The notes below the pieces were generated by a model. It saw only the letters and a list, made by a program, of their open reading frames with translations, had not been told where the DNA came from and searched no databases. From positions 1,922,001 through 1,986,000 of the forward strand of contig SMSO01000025.1 of the NCBI GenBank assembly GCA_004764695.1: a DNA stretch of 64,000 nucleotides, given 5' to 3'. The position numbers and the translations under genes are program-made. Positions 42,518 to 54,031 of this stretch are shown here, piece by piece (positions within the stretch are counted from its first letter, which is position 1; each line of letters begins with the position of its first letter). The stretch is from Schizochytrium sp. TIO01. Taxonomy: Eukaryota > Protista > Bigyra: Labyrinthulomycetes.

Positions 42518-45082
42518 ATGAGCCGCGCAAGGTCTGCCGTGGCGGCAGCCACGGATGCCTCGTGGGTAAGTCGCGACTCACGTATGGAACTTGCGTTTGC
42601 CAAAACGCTTGCGCACACTCGACTTGCAGCTCAGAAACGGGAGCTGCGAGGGGCTTCGAGTGAATCAAGACACAGGTTAAGCACGTTGGCTGAAGAAAGT
42701 GGCACAGACGTCGAAAGTCACTCCTCGAAAACATCCTCGGGCAGAAATATTGCACAAAGTCTTGCTCGAAATGCTGGAGGGCTTGATGAAGAGGACAGTG
42801 AATTGTTGGAGGATTTTGAAAACTTTGAAGCAAGTCCTACGAAAAGTGGAGATGAAAGCGCGGAGAATGGCACACATATGAGACGAGGTCAAGAAATCGT
42901 TGAGACGCGAAGTGCCAAATCGAATGTGCTTAGAACGATGACATGTTTTCTTAAACAGCCTCGTATGAAAAATGCTGGTCATCGCGGAACAATTGGAGGC
43001 ACAGTGCCATGGCACAAGGACTCACGAGCCCTGCGTGAGCTGAGAAAACTTGATCCTGATTCTCTATTTGTAAAAAGCCTCATGGCAGACCATGTACGTC
43101 TACAGTGGGATTCAGATAGTAGAATCATCCGCGTGACAAACCTTCCGTCTGAAGTCTTGGTACTTGACCTCATTGACCAATTTCTACCAATGCAGATTAT
43201 GGGCAATGTAATGATCGTTGCCAGTATGAAGAAGCACAGCAAACATGCTCTTCCGTCTGGTCTCCATATTCGCGGTAATCTATTACTTATGACTGAATTT
43301 GATGAAGAAGGAGATTTCACAAACCCAGCACAGATCAGTCTCCCAAATAGCCTATACGTTGGAGGCAACCTCATGCTACTCAATATCGAAGTCCTACGCT
43401 GGGGGTCGCCCATATGGATTGGCGGCGATTTTGCTGTACGTGAGGCAATGCCATGGTTAGTTGAACTCCCAGCATTTGCAGAGCTAGGAGGTACCTTGGA
43501 CTGCCGCGGGTGCACGATGCTTAGGGAACTTCCTAAACTTGTCGAACACTTTAATACGATTCTTTTGGATGGCTGCACCTCTCTAGAAACCTTGCCAGTT
43601 GCTCTCGCAAGTGTTCAAGGTGATTTGAGCCTTGTTGGATGTAAAGCTCTCAAGAGCTTACCTGACTATCTCATCGTTGAAGGGGGTCTGTACTTGCAGA
43701 ATTGCACCAGTCTTACGGCTCTCCCAAGCCTACTCACAGTCATTGGAGACGTAAACTTACAAGGTGCAATTCGCCTCAACAGAGTTCCTGTAAACATCAA
43801 TCTCTGTGGTGGTAAGCTCGACCTTCGAGACTGCATCTCGTTGCGTCGTCTCCCTCTTGCGCCATTTGAACGCAAGCGTTCCCGAAGGCTTATTGTTGAT
43901 GCTCGAGGGACTTCAATTGACCCTGTGACATGTAAAGTTCTGCGCTCCATTGAAACTGACACTGTTAAATTTCAACTAGACCCTAGTGCTTTCATGTCCA
44001 GCACTCTGCCGTCCCAAGATAGCCAGTCGGGCGATGTGACAGACCAACTAGGCAATGATCATACAACTGACCCCAGCTCTGAAACGACTAATCCTAGGAG
44101 AAGAAAAACGCAAGTGCTTCTTGAAATGCAAAACATTGAGTCTGTATGCTCTGTTACAGATGCCTTGGAGCTCTTTGGTATGCAAGATATTGCATTAGAA
44201 AGACATATTGATTATGCATACCATCGGGATGTTATTGAATTTCTCAAGCTACTGGCATCAAGTCTCGAAAACCGTGTTCCCGAGTTGCGCAAACTTCTCA
44301 AGCGCCGTCTTAGAGACGTTCTTGAGATTGCTGCCAATGACGATGTGGCGAGAGAAGAGATCCTCTTTCGTATTGTCGACTCTGTGGACACGTGTGTTGA
44401 CAAACCGATTTGGGCGCTTGGCCAAATGGAGCTGGTTGCTGCCTTGGCTCACGCTCGTGGAAATCGAACGCAGCTTCGTGTGCTTGGCCGTGGTGTTATG
44501 CGTCTTGGTATTGTACATAAGCATGCGGCGATTGTGCTTAATGCTAGCGACCTCGACGTTGACGATGTGTGTGTCTACTTAAAGTTTGAGTTGGCATTAA
44601 GAGATGCTTTGCAGCTGCCTGTTTCCCCACATGCTATGGAATGGGATCAATATGTCAATATTGACCCTCATGAGATTGCTGCTGCCAGAGCAGAAGCAAT
44701 CGGCATTACAGATGAAGCATTTGAGAACTGGCTAGAGGAATGGCCTCCCTGGCAAACTCAATTGCGCTCAGAAGCAATTGTCCCCTACGAGTCATTGAAG
44801 TCTCCAGAATTATCTATGGACATTAACCTTGCTGATGCCACAGATCTCTATGGAGAGCCAATACTTGACCCGGTGCTCGTTCTTCCAGACATTGCCAATC
44901 CTTGGTCTTACAAGGAGCTTTGTACTCACTGGGTAAGGACGGGTATGGATTTTTCGAACAACGTAATATCCCCTTCCCAATTTCTGCCACGTGTTCAAAA
45001 GTTGCGTCAACGCGATCTATCAAAGCAATCAAGCTTTAAGCGACGCCTATCCAAACGAATGTCACAGTTTGGAACGGCCTGA
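42518..45082 (+). CDS. LRR-NEL-U-box-like protein, paralogue C, with soluble disordered N-terminus
   Basis: First ATG 42518 (start uncertain). LRRs such as LPDYLIVEGGLYLQNCTSL. NEL IVDSVDTCVDKPIWALGQM (Cys codon 44393-44395)...LGRGVMRL...DDVCVYLKFELALRDALQLPV...FENWLEEWPPWQ. Then GEPILDPVLVLP. Confidence 0.85.
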   Translation: MSRARSAVAAATDASWVSRDSRMELAFAKTLAHTRLAAQKRELRGASSESRHRLSTLAEESGTDVESHSSKTSSGRNIAQSLARNAGGLDEEDSELLEDFENFEASPTKSGDESAENGTHMRRGQEIVETRSAKSNVLRTMTCFLKQPRMKNAGHRGTIGGTVPWHKDSRALRELRKLDPDSLFVKSLMADHVRLQWDSDSRIIRVTNLPSEVLVLDLIDQFLPMQIMGNVMIVASMKKHSKHALPSGLHIRGNLLLMTEFDEEGDFTNPAQISLPNSLYVGGNLMLLNIEVLRWGSPIWIGGDFAVREAMPWLVELPAFAELGGTLDCRGCTMLRELPKLVEHFNTILLDGCTSLETLPVALASVQGDLSLVGCKALKSLPDYLIVEGGLYLQNCTSLTALPSLLTVIGDVNLQGAIRLNRVPVNINLCGGKLDLRDCISLRRLPLAPFERKRSRRLIVDARGTSIDPVTCKVLRSIETDTVKFQLDPSAFMSSTLPSQDSQSGDVTDQLGNDHTTDPSSETTNPRRRKTQVLLEMQNIESVCSVTDALELFGMQDIALERHIDYAYHRDVIEFLKLLASSLENRVPELRKLLKRRLRDVLEIAANDDVAREEILFRIVDSVDTCVDKPIWALGQMELVAALAHARGNRTQLRVLGRGVMRLGIVHKHAAIVLNASDLDVDDVCVYLKFELALRDALQLPVSPHAMEWDQYVNIDPHEIAAARAEAIGITDEAFENWLEEWPPWQTQLRSEAIVPYESLKSPELSMDINLADATDLYGEPILDPVLVLPDIANPWSYKELCTHWVRTGMDFSNNVISPSQFLPRVQKLRQRDLSKQSSFKRRLSKRMSQFGTA

Positions 45083-45745
45083 TGCAAGCGCGCAAGAGGC
45101 AGAGTATCACTTCCTTCTGATTTAAGTCACGTGTACAATATCGAGGCACACAGTGTTGTATACATTATACATTGCGGCCTTTCACTTTATGAGCAAACAT
45201 TTGCAATTGCTCTCTCTCGCTTGACGATTATGTTTTAGATTAATGTCATGATAATGATAACTATATGTTTTTTCCTAATATGTCTCATTCACATGTCCCG
45301 TAACAATAGTTATTTGATACAGGCTATAATCTAGACACCTTGCATCAAAATCTTCAGACTTTAAAAATAAAGTTAGGTTTCTGTTGTTAAGAAACAAAAG
45401 GCTCATCCTTTTTCTTGCTCTGCAACCTTTAATTACTACTGAGCACCCCGAAAAGGTATTCTTAAAACAGTTTGTGCTCTTGAAATACTCACATGGCCTT
45501 TTCCCTATTGTGTTCCATATCAAAATTAATTGCCCCTAAAAATTGTCCACCGGCATATGGCTCTCTCTTCTTCTTCTTCTATCTTCGATCCATGCCCAAT
45601 TTTTAATCAACGGCGTCGCCAGACCGTGATAATCTCAGTCTGCCGCGGGGTTTCTTTCGCTCGCAGCACTTAAGAAGGACTTCTAGAGTTTTGTTGAACT
45701 TTCTCGAAGGGTCGAGTTGTCGCGAAGTAGAAAAGTGGGAGCAAG

Positions 45746-46455
45746 ATGAGTGAGATCATGGAGAGCTTTCATCTACCTGGCGCCTCTTCCCTTATTGAAG
45801 AGCTCGACCGCCGCGTTATGGTCGTCCTTCGGGATGGGAGGCACCTTGTAGGCATCCTCAGCTCGATCGATCAGTATTGTGAGTTAAAATTTCTTTTCTG
45901 TGAGCCGTGAAGTTGAAGGATTTCATTTAGAAGTTACGCTGTGGCTACTAGTGTTATTTACCATCTGTGCAAAATCACATTGCTTTGGGGATTCCCTCAC
46001 AGAAGCGGGATAACGTTTTCTGGCCAGAACTTAGTTTGTGTTGTCCTGCTATTAAATACTTATACTGACGAAAAATGCTGGAATTATCATTTACGCGCGG
46101 TTGTGGAGAAATTGTGTAGCCAACATTGTTCTTGAAGAAGCCTATGATTACTTGTACGCTGGTAACAAGGTTTTCAAAGAACCTTGCAATGACGTCATTA
46201 TTGTGCGCTCAGATAACATTGTGCTTGTTGGACAAATGGTACGTTAAATATGTGAAGGATGCAAATTACGGATCTTTCAACTGACTTTTGATCACCTCGA
46301 GCCAAACACAGGATGACGAGAAGGAGGCCAACTCAAGCTTAGTTGAAGTAGATCGCGCTACTTACGAGAAAGAGCTTAGCGAGAAGATGAACAAGGATGA
46401 AGACTACGTGGCCTTGACAGATCAGGAGATTTGGGATTTCAACGATCCAGCATAA
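45746..46455 (+). CDS. LSM1: Sm-like protein LSm1; exons 45746-45878, 46120-46238, 46312-46455 (missed by ORF track)
   Basis: Spliced product MSEIMESFHLPGASSLIEELDRRVMVVLRDGRHLVGILSSIDQYSNIVLEEA...IIVRSDNIVLVGQMDDEKE.... Introns GTGAGT..TAG and GTACGT..CAG have CTGAC branch points and keep the frame. Confidence 0.9.
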
Positions 46456-46708
46456 CTTGAGTGATTGATAGGTAAATTAGAATTCGTGATAGTGCGATTC
46501 TTCCTCTCTTTGCTTTTTCACAAGTAGAATTCGAGCTGGTTCAGTCCTAAAATCTAAATATTTCCCGGTTGGGGGACCAGTGACTTATGCTTGTGATGAC
46601 ATAAAGAATCTAAAACAAATAGACACAAAAAATAAAATAAATGAAACACATACACTCCGAATGGTATTTTTCTTTTTGTTAAAATTCCTGGTTATAGCAA
46701 GGAGTCCA

Positions 46709-48328
46709 TTATGTCGGTGTGTGTTGAATCGACTCCAAGTCAATTTCAGCAACAGCCGTGAGAGCTGTTTTGAGAGCATTTACAAACGTGTCCACATTTT
46801 CCTTGTTAAAAGCCATCGGGGGCTTTATTACCATCACATTACTAAATTTACCATCGCAGCTTGTCAAAATATGATCCTTATGCAGGAGCTGCGTAATCAC
46901 GAAAGAAAGCTCCTTGCTAGCAGGCTCCTTTGTTTCACGACTTCGAACAAACTCAATGCCAATGAACAAACCACAGCCGCGAACATCTCCAATCAACTGT
47001 CCGGCAGGGGTATTCATAAGATCATTCAAACGAGATTGGAAATAGTTGCCAGTCTCTGCAGCATGAGCTCGCAAGCTCCTCTTCTCGATACTTTCAAGCA
47101 CCGCAAGCCCTGCAGCGCATGCAACAGGATTTCCACCGAAGGTGTTAAAGTACTCCATGCCATTTGTAAAAGACTCTGCAATCTCGTCACTACAGACTAC
47201 TGCAGCAAGTGGAAAGCCATTTCCAAACGGTTTGGCCATTGTGATAATATCTGGATCTACGCCTTGCTGCTCGAAGCCCCAATAGTATTTTCCAAAGCGC
47301 GCAAACCCGACCTGAACTTCGTCCGCAACGCACACACCGCCTTGACTACGGACTGCTTTGTATATTTCCTTCAAATAACCCGTTGGGGGCATAATTACAC
47401 CAGCCACAGACATTCCTGACTCGACAAAAAATGCAGCGGTGCGTCTCCCCTCTATTTTAATCTTATTCATTTCATCATCAACGAATGCAGCCATTCTTTG
47501 AGCAAATTCTGCTTCTGTTTCATTTTCGCGACGCTCACGATATGTGTCGGGACATGGTACCACACGGGTATTTGGGGGGCAACCAGATCCACCTTTTCCT
47601 AAAAACTTGTACGGAGAAATGTCGAGCACTGCGCCAGTATGACCATGATACGCTCGTTCTACGACAACAATGTCTGTAGCTTTAGTGTGAGTTCGTGCAA
47701 GACGCAAAGCAAGATCATTTGCCTCACTTCCTGAGTTCACAAAGAAAACTCGCTTTAGTCGTGAGCCCCTCGGCATAGTACCAACAAGCCTTTCCGCGAG
47801 AACTGCTGGATAAGGGTGCAAATACCGAGTGTTTGAGTTCGTACGCTCAAGTTGACGTTCGATAGCTTTTACTACAGCAGGGTCCTGCCAGCCCACATGA
47901 GCAGGGTTATTACGCGAGTCTAGATACCGAATTCCTCGATCATCAACCAGATACTGCCCTTCGCCCAGCACAATCATAAGAGGGTCCGAATTTTCGTACG
48001 AAATACTTTGAGCTTTGCAAAAGTATTGTCTGCGTAGCTGCAGAACTGATTTTTTGTCCATACTAAGCACGGACTCGAACTCCATCAGGTTCTCCGAATT
48101 TCGCGGAGTGCAAGGTAATCCACTTGCTAAAGAGCTTTGCCCAATAGTACAGGCTGAAGTAGTGCAAGACACCCCGGAGGATTTTCCGCTTGTAAGGGAC
48201 TTCAAAAAGCCACTCTTGCCAGGCCGCAACGCTATATAGGTTATAGTAGCTCCCACAGCAAGACCTGTGACTGTTCCCAGCGCCAGCATAGCCATTGAGC
48301 TTCCCTCGTTGGGTCTTGCCTCCGTCAT
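46709..48328 (-). CDS. Class III PLP aminotransferase, ETNPPL/PHYKPL (phospho-lyase)-like, with N-terminal TM anchor
   Basis: Motifs [88 protein letters not shown] and [13 protein letters not shown]. Confidence 0.9.
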   Translation of the reverse strand: MTEARPNEGSSMAMLALGTVTGLAVGATITYIALRPGKSGFLKSLTSGKSSGVSCTTSACTIGQSSLASGLPCTPRNSENLMEFESVLSMDKKSVLQLRRQYFCKAQSISYENSDPLMIVLGEGQYLVDDRGIRYLDSRNNPAHVGWQDPAVVKAIERQLERTNSNTRYLHPYPAVLAERLVGTMPRGSRLKRVFFVNSGSEANDLALRLARTHTKATDIVVVERAYHGHTGAVLDISPYKFLGKGGSGCPPNTRVVPCPDTYRERRENETEAEFAQRMAAFVDDEMNKIKIEGRRTAAFFVESGMSVAGVIMPPTGYLKEIYKAVRSQGGVCVADEVQVGFARFGKYYWGFEQQGVDPDIITMAKPFGNGFPLAAVVCSDEIAESFTNGMEYFNTFGGNPVACAAGLAVLESIEKRSLRAHAAETGNYFQSRLNDLMNTPAGQLIGDVRGCGLFIGIEFVRSRETKEPASKELSFVITQLLHKDHILTSCDGKFSNVMVIKPPMAFNKENVDTFVNALKTALTAVAEIDLESIQHTPT

Positions 48329-48961
48329 CTTCTTCGCAGTGGTAGCCTGGATCCGAGCAATATTCTTCTTGTTCCAGGTCTGCTTATTATTTATTCACAA
48401 TCCGCATTTCTTGCTCTAAAAGATTATAACTTGGCCTAAAAGGTAGTACTAAATTAGAAGGCACATAGTAGTAAGATTATTGATATATTATAGAGACTTG
48501 TCAAATGACAGATAATCTACATCCGCTCCTTGAATTGGAAAAGCTAATCTTCGGTTCACTCAAAAGATAAGAGTCGCAATCTGTCTTTTGCTCTTTGACG
48601 TTCTATAATTGCCACCGAGCAATACTGCGAAATGAGCGAACCAAAGCACCATGAATCAATGAACAAATCCTAATAGTACAAACAAAGACTGAGGTTTCTG
48701 ACCTATTTATTCTTCTGGGGCTTTTTTATTGTTTTACACTGACAAGAACTAGAGTAGCTTCTATGCGGGAATCTGCTCCTTCCATACCACCCTGGATTGC
48801 TTTGCAGAAGCAACATATCCTGAATTTGCAAAGTTCCCAGTCCGCGAGGTCGCATTGATTTGCGTGGCGAGAGGCACGTGGAGCTTGCAACCGCTGCAGA
48901 AGCAGTTCACAAACATCGAGTTAGTTTGTGTGGAACGAAAGCTTGGTTGATCGCTTCCACG

Positions 48962-50224
48962 ATGTTCTTGTCAAACTTGCTCGACTCTCCAACACCGACG
49001 GTCTTTGAGCTGTCTATGTCCAATGGTCTGACCACAGCGCTCCAGGTATGTTGAATTCAAAGGCTTAATGAGTGATGAATATGCAAGAATAGTTTGCTGA
49101 CGATGAAACAAGCTTTCAAAAACAAAAACCGATAGCCTGCGTTCGATTACCTGTTGGCAACCCTTGGCGAACGCTACGAAGTTTTCTTCAGGCTCTGCGC
49201 TTGGAAAGATGAGCTGTATTTTGTTCTTCTAGCATTTATTGAACGTCACTACCTTGCTGTCTATGATGCCTATTTTTCAGAAAACTTTTATGCGCTAAAG
49301 CGTATGAAAAGCGCTGGCCCCAAAGGGTCGCTTGCTCCGCTTGGAGCGCGGGACAAGCTACTTTCGCTTTTGTTGGTAACCATTTTCCCTTACCTTCGTA
49401 TGAAGTTGGTGAAAACCCACCAGGTACTAGCACAAGAAGCAGAACAAGACGCCCAGCAGGCGGCAGCTACGCAAAGGCGGCAAGCCGTGGGAAGTGCAAA
49501 TGCACAGCAAGCACAAAACACACTACCACAGAGTTCTTTAGGCGAAGTTCCATCAGCAGGTTCAATAGCGTCCAGCCCGAGACTCGCTCCAAATGTGAAT
49601 CAACAACATGAGCTATATGCGGGTCGTTCCAAACTTTACTATAAGCTTCGCGAGGCTTTCCTACGTAGTGTACCTCTTGGACTTGCTGGCTATGAACTCT
49701 GGGCATTCTACCTCAAGGTTCTGTTCATGTTTCAACGTACGGAACACTTTTCACCGCCTCAATGGTTGCAAGGTATTGTTCTGGCACGGGTTACCGGAGA
49801 CGATATGCGAGCTCAAATGCTAGCTGAAGAGGTTCGGGACAAGACCAGAGGACTGATTGGGAAGGCTACATCCAAAGCTATATCCTTTCTTCGCACCGCC
49901 TTAGTGGCATCTGCACTACTTTTCAAGCTCCTGGAGTGGTATTACTCACCTGAAAATCAAAGTCAGCGTGAGAGTGCAAAGGGCATGCAAATCATGCCAC
50001 CACCTCCAATGCCACCTCAGTGTGCTTCAGCAGGAGTCGGACTCCCTCGTGACCCACGCCAATGCCCACTATGCCATGAACGTCGTGTCAACCCTGCCGT
50101 GAGCTCTAGTGGCTTGGCCTTTTGTTTTATTTGTATTCACAGATTTGTACTTGAGCATGGGAGGTGTCCTGTGACAGACACCCCTTGCCAAGTCTCTCAG
50201 ATTCGTCGAATTTTCGAGTCATAA
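48962..50224 (+). CDS. PEX12: Peroxin 12 (RING E3); exons 48962-49045 and 49136-50224
   Basis: Exon 1 PTVFELSMSNGLTTALQ joins PAFDYLL across a GTATGT..TAG intron. Motifs ERHYL..YDAYFSENFYALKR, FKLLEWYYS, PPPP, and C-terminal RING CPLC...NPA...GLAFCFICI...CPVT. Confidence 0.93.
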
Positions 50225-51903
50225 ATTGCTATTATGTGCTCGTGAGGATCAGTAACATTGTTCGCATGCGCAATTTATTGTCTTCGTTGGGTTTGCTGTG
50301 GGGACTCCAGCGTATCTGTAAGTTTTTCTAGCTTGTTTCATTTGAAACATCTTTCAGCCTTAGAGCACATAGAGTTGAGTATGAAGCCGACGTAATGAAA
50401 AAGGCCCTTACATAGGAAGACTATCTGATTAATCCTCACCACATCAGAAAGCAATGTCGTGTGTGAAGTTTCACATCTATTTGTAACTTCCCCACTGATG
50501 GCCAACAATAAACGAGAGTTGCAGTGAACTTTCCCAAAAGTCAAACAGCATCCTCGCATCCTGGACCTGACAGGTTTCCATTTGCTAGAGTTGAACCGCA
50601 AAGAAGAGAAGTAGAGGGAACCAGACATCATGAAGTAATATATGCTTGAATTTAACAACAGTATGCTGACAATTTACAGTAATTCCGAAATACAGTTTTG
50701 CTTAATTCCTATTACAGGCAGGTAAATTTAAACGCTTAAAGCAAGTAGAAAATAGAAAAACAAAAAACAACGAAAGCTAGAGCTGCAGACTTGCTCAGCT
50801 TATTCTATTCGAGTATTTAATTTGTGCGAAGATTATCAGGACTAGTACGAGCGTTAATAGCCATATTTCATTATTGCACAAGAATTGTTACCTTGTAACT
50901 TGCCATTATTTGCAGTTATCTAAATCATTTTTAGTATTTGACCAACTTACAAAAGAATGGTGGCCCAAGCGTCAGTTTTCGTTTTCTTTATTTACCAGGC
51001 TCGCCTTGAAACACTTTCAAAATCTGCTGTCATTTCATATCACTGAGATTCTTTCCCCTTTTATTTTCAAATTATAAAGAAGACTCGATTTCGTATGTTG
51101 CGTAAATGAAAATGAAATTTGTAAGTAAGAGATTGATGTTTCAAATTATGGATAGCACTATCCAAACTAACCTCCTAACACGCAAATTTAAAATTTCTGA
51201 ATCCCAAATTTTTATTTATTGCGCGCCAAGTTGTTTTAAACAATTCAACTTTAGCGAGAAATTTCTTTATTTCATCTATGAATAACAATTACAGTATGCC
51301 GAAATCTCAAACCAAGGATTAGAATTTGGTATATGATATCCTGCGTATTTAAAGAAAATTGTCTAAGGATAGTAAGGTTTAACTTGTATCTCGTTCACTT
51401 TCCCTTCTCTTTATCTTTCCTTAATATAATTTTTAACTTAGCGTCATTACCAAGGGTACCAGAATCGGTACTAGGTTTTTCTCTTTGATATTACTCTGCA
51501 CAGTTTGAGTGCGCTCGTACGGCGTAACGTATTAAAAATATTTCCCCCTTAATTTCTTCCCTTTACTTTTTTTCTTTCTCAAAAGTGCTACTATATTTAA
51601 TAAAAATTTAATAAAAATCATGTTGGAACGTTGAATCAGCGGGTATGTAAAAGGTGTGTCTTGGTGATTCCCGTTCACGGATGGAGTACATCTTCACCAC
51701 ATTGACTAAGGCCACTATGATTTCACAAATGACATGCGCAGGTAATCGTGTGGTGAACACTCTTGAAGCGTCAGCTCGTACAGCTGATTTCTCGAGTACT
51801 AGCTAGCCTTGTTCAAAGTCTCTTATAGTTTGAGGGGGAGACAGTGTTGCTGCGAGGTGAATAAATGTGTTGATGATTTGCGGACAACACGCTTGCAAGG
51901 AGA

Positions 51904-53775
51904 ATGATAGGGCGCGAGAAACGAAAGACTCGTGCCGTATTACCAAAAGGGTATACTCAAGCAGTATTATTGGACCCTTCTGGCCTTCAAGATCCAGGTA
52001 AGGAGATTTTGAGGCGAGAAGCTACATCCAAGCATGACAAAGTAAATGCATATGCTCTCCAAACAAATCAAGACGCAGACTCGACAAAGGGGGGGCAGCA
52101 TGATGCTACTAAAGTAGAGAAATCAAATCTCAAAGACCCCAATGAGGAGATCCTTGCACAAGTTGCTCTCCGCACGACATACAAACGGTATAGTGAGCAA
52201 GACTTTGAGGTCTCGCTCATGCCGAAAGCTATTGATCTATTAATGGAAGAACGGAGACTTATTACACATACACCTAGGTCAGTATTGCCTGAAATGCTAG
52301 TTGGGGAGCGTGATTATGAAGACTGGGCACTAACAAAGCCTTCCGTGCAGGTGGAGACCCAATACGGACGGTATACGGTTGTTCCCCGTGGCAGACTTGA
52401 GATGAAGGACGAGGAAGGTCATCGAAGAAACGTTCGTACCCGCTGGCAGAAACTAAAAGGAGTTCCTGTGAAGTTGGCTGATCCATTTCAAATTGTCCGT
52501 CTTGAGCAAGGCGCTAGACCATTTCGGAGAAGCTCAGCCAGACTATTATACAAGAAGAGAAGGTTTGCATCACTTGACTTAGAAACTATTGCGCCAGTGC
52601 TCGAAAGTTGCTACCGAACGCTTCCAGATACACTAGAAAACATTGTGTCTGAACGTCTCTCCCCACTATGTAGATTGCATTTGCCCAAGCTGTGGAAGCT
52701 TGTGGGAATGCGGATAGCTTGCTTAATATCTCTTGGTATAGCGCCTGCTTTATTATATTTTGTGCTGGGTTGGACCCCACTTAATGTATCGAGTGGTCGC
52801 TTGATTGATATCGGCATTCTTGCAGGGCTAGTTTTCGTTACACTCATTCCTATTAGGCAATACCGGCGACGAAGAGCCCGATATATAAAGGGCTGCTGGC
52901 AAGCATTCAAGCTAAAGCTTGATTCTGAAATTACAAGGGTCAACGCTGAAATCTCAACTTTAGAACAGCCGCATGCACCAGGAAATATAAGCATCAAGCC
53001 CGTTTATGTTTGGCTCGGCCATGATCCATACACATCGGATAGGATAGCACAGGTTGTAGAAGCTATGCAGGAGTCGGATAGATTCAACAAAGCCAAGGCT
53101 ATTTTAGCTGAGCAAGAAGCTAAGATTGCAGAGCTTCAAAAGAAACGCGAAGAGCTCGAACAGCAAGGCAAGACAGCTGACACAGAGGTGATAGAGCTTT
53201 TTGGAAAGGAAAAGGTTCTAGTAAAAGAGGTGAAGAAACAAAGAAAAGCTGTTGCCAAATTCTCGCAAAAGCGAATGATGCTTGCACAAAAATCAAAGAT
53301 TCCCAAGGGATCCTACCTTGTTGTGCACCGCTTAACCATCGACGTAGAGCTTCCGGGGATACTTAATCCTTTGGATAACCTAGTTGCTAAGCGAGCTCCC
53401 TATTTTAGCGAAAGCGAAGCAGAAAACGCTTCCATAAATCAGCACATCCCGCGCGATCTAAGAAATGCATGCATTCGCTGCCAGCAAATCACGCAATACA
53501 CTCGAGGAGTTGGCCTAGAAAGCATTGCAGAAAACCTTTGTAAGAGTGCTCGCGAGGACGCTGTAGCATTTGATGAATATCGTTTGCGTAAGCTCCTCAA
53601 GCTTGACCCAGATGCCGACCTGAAGAAGGTGTTTGGTAAGAAAAGTGATGGTCAAGGTGATGACAAAGACTTAACGACAGATGAATCAACCAATAAAGAT
53701 GGAGAAGACCTTGCTGACAAGCAGTCTCAGGAGCTCAGATGTTGTATTTGCCAAGGCCCACGTTCTCCTCATTAG
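51904..53775 (+). CDS. Uncharacterised two-TM membrane protein with coiled coil
   Basis: 623-aa ORF with two hydrophobic helices (IACLISLGIAPALLYFVLGW; IGILAGLVFVTLIPI) followed by a basic stop-transfer segment and a coiled coil. No family recognised. Confidence 0.75.
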   Translation: MIGREKRKTRAVLPKGYTQAVLLDPSGLQDPGKEILRREATSKHDKVNAYALQTNQDADSTKGGQHDATKVEKSNLKDPNEEILAQVALRTTYKRYSEQDFEVSLMPKAIDLLMEERRLITHTPRSVLPEMLVGERDYEDWALTKPSVQVETQYGRYTVVPRGRLEMKDEEGHRRNVRTRWQKLKGVPVKLADPFQIVRLEQGARPFRRSSARLLYKKRRFASLDLETIAPVLESCYRTLPDTLENIVSERLSPLCRLHLPKLWKLVGMRIACLISLGIAPALLYFVLGWTPLNVSSGRLIDIGILAGLVFVTLIPIRQYRRRRARYIKGCWQAFKLKLDSEITRVNAEISTLEQPHAPGNISIKPVYVWLGHDPYTSDRIAQVVEAMQESDRFNKAKAILAEQEAKIAELQKKREELEQQGKTADTEVIELFGKEKVLVKEVKKQRKAVAKFSQKRMMLAQKSKIPKGSYLVVHRLTIDVELPGILNPLDNLVAKRAPYFSESEAENASINQHIPRDLRNACIRCQQITQYTRGVGLESIAENLCKSAREDAVAFDEYRLRKLLKLDPDADLKKVFGKKSDGQGDDKDLTTDESTNKDGEDLADKQSQELRCCICQGPRSPH

Positions 53776-54031
53776 GTTGCAGACAGCTACTACAGGTACA
53801 CAATGAGTTTGTCCCATTTTGCTAATGATTAGTAATAGTATATACAATAGGGTAGCACTCCCCATGAACCATACGTTCCTCTTAATTGCCTATTAGAGTA
53901 CAATACAGGTACCTACTTATTGAATAGTGAAGACAATTTTCTTGAATGACAAAACTCTTTCTTTGTAATTGACTGATCATAGCGTTTCCCTGAGTGCTCT
54001 GCAAACGCTGGTTGAATCAACTTGTACAATC

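Noticed and set aside
27478-45082. NEL genes as bacterial contamination
   Set aside because: They are contiguous with spliced eukaryotic genes, have long microsatellite-containing spacers, show no operon structure, and carry eukaryote-style tails. Read-level confirmation is still advisable.
27478-45082. Calling the LRR proteins plant-type NLR/disease-resistance proteins
   Set aside because: The GCTxL LRRs look superficially similar, but there is no P-loop NB-ARC/NACHT or TIR domain, and the conserved domain is NEL-like.
46580-47419. 279-aa plus-strand ORF and other long antisense ORFs over real genes
   Set aside because: Shadow ORFs opposite well-supported CDSs, with no independent motifs.
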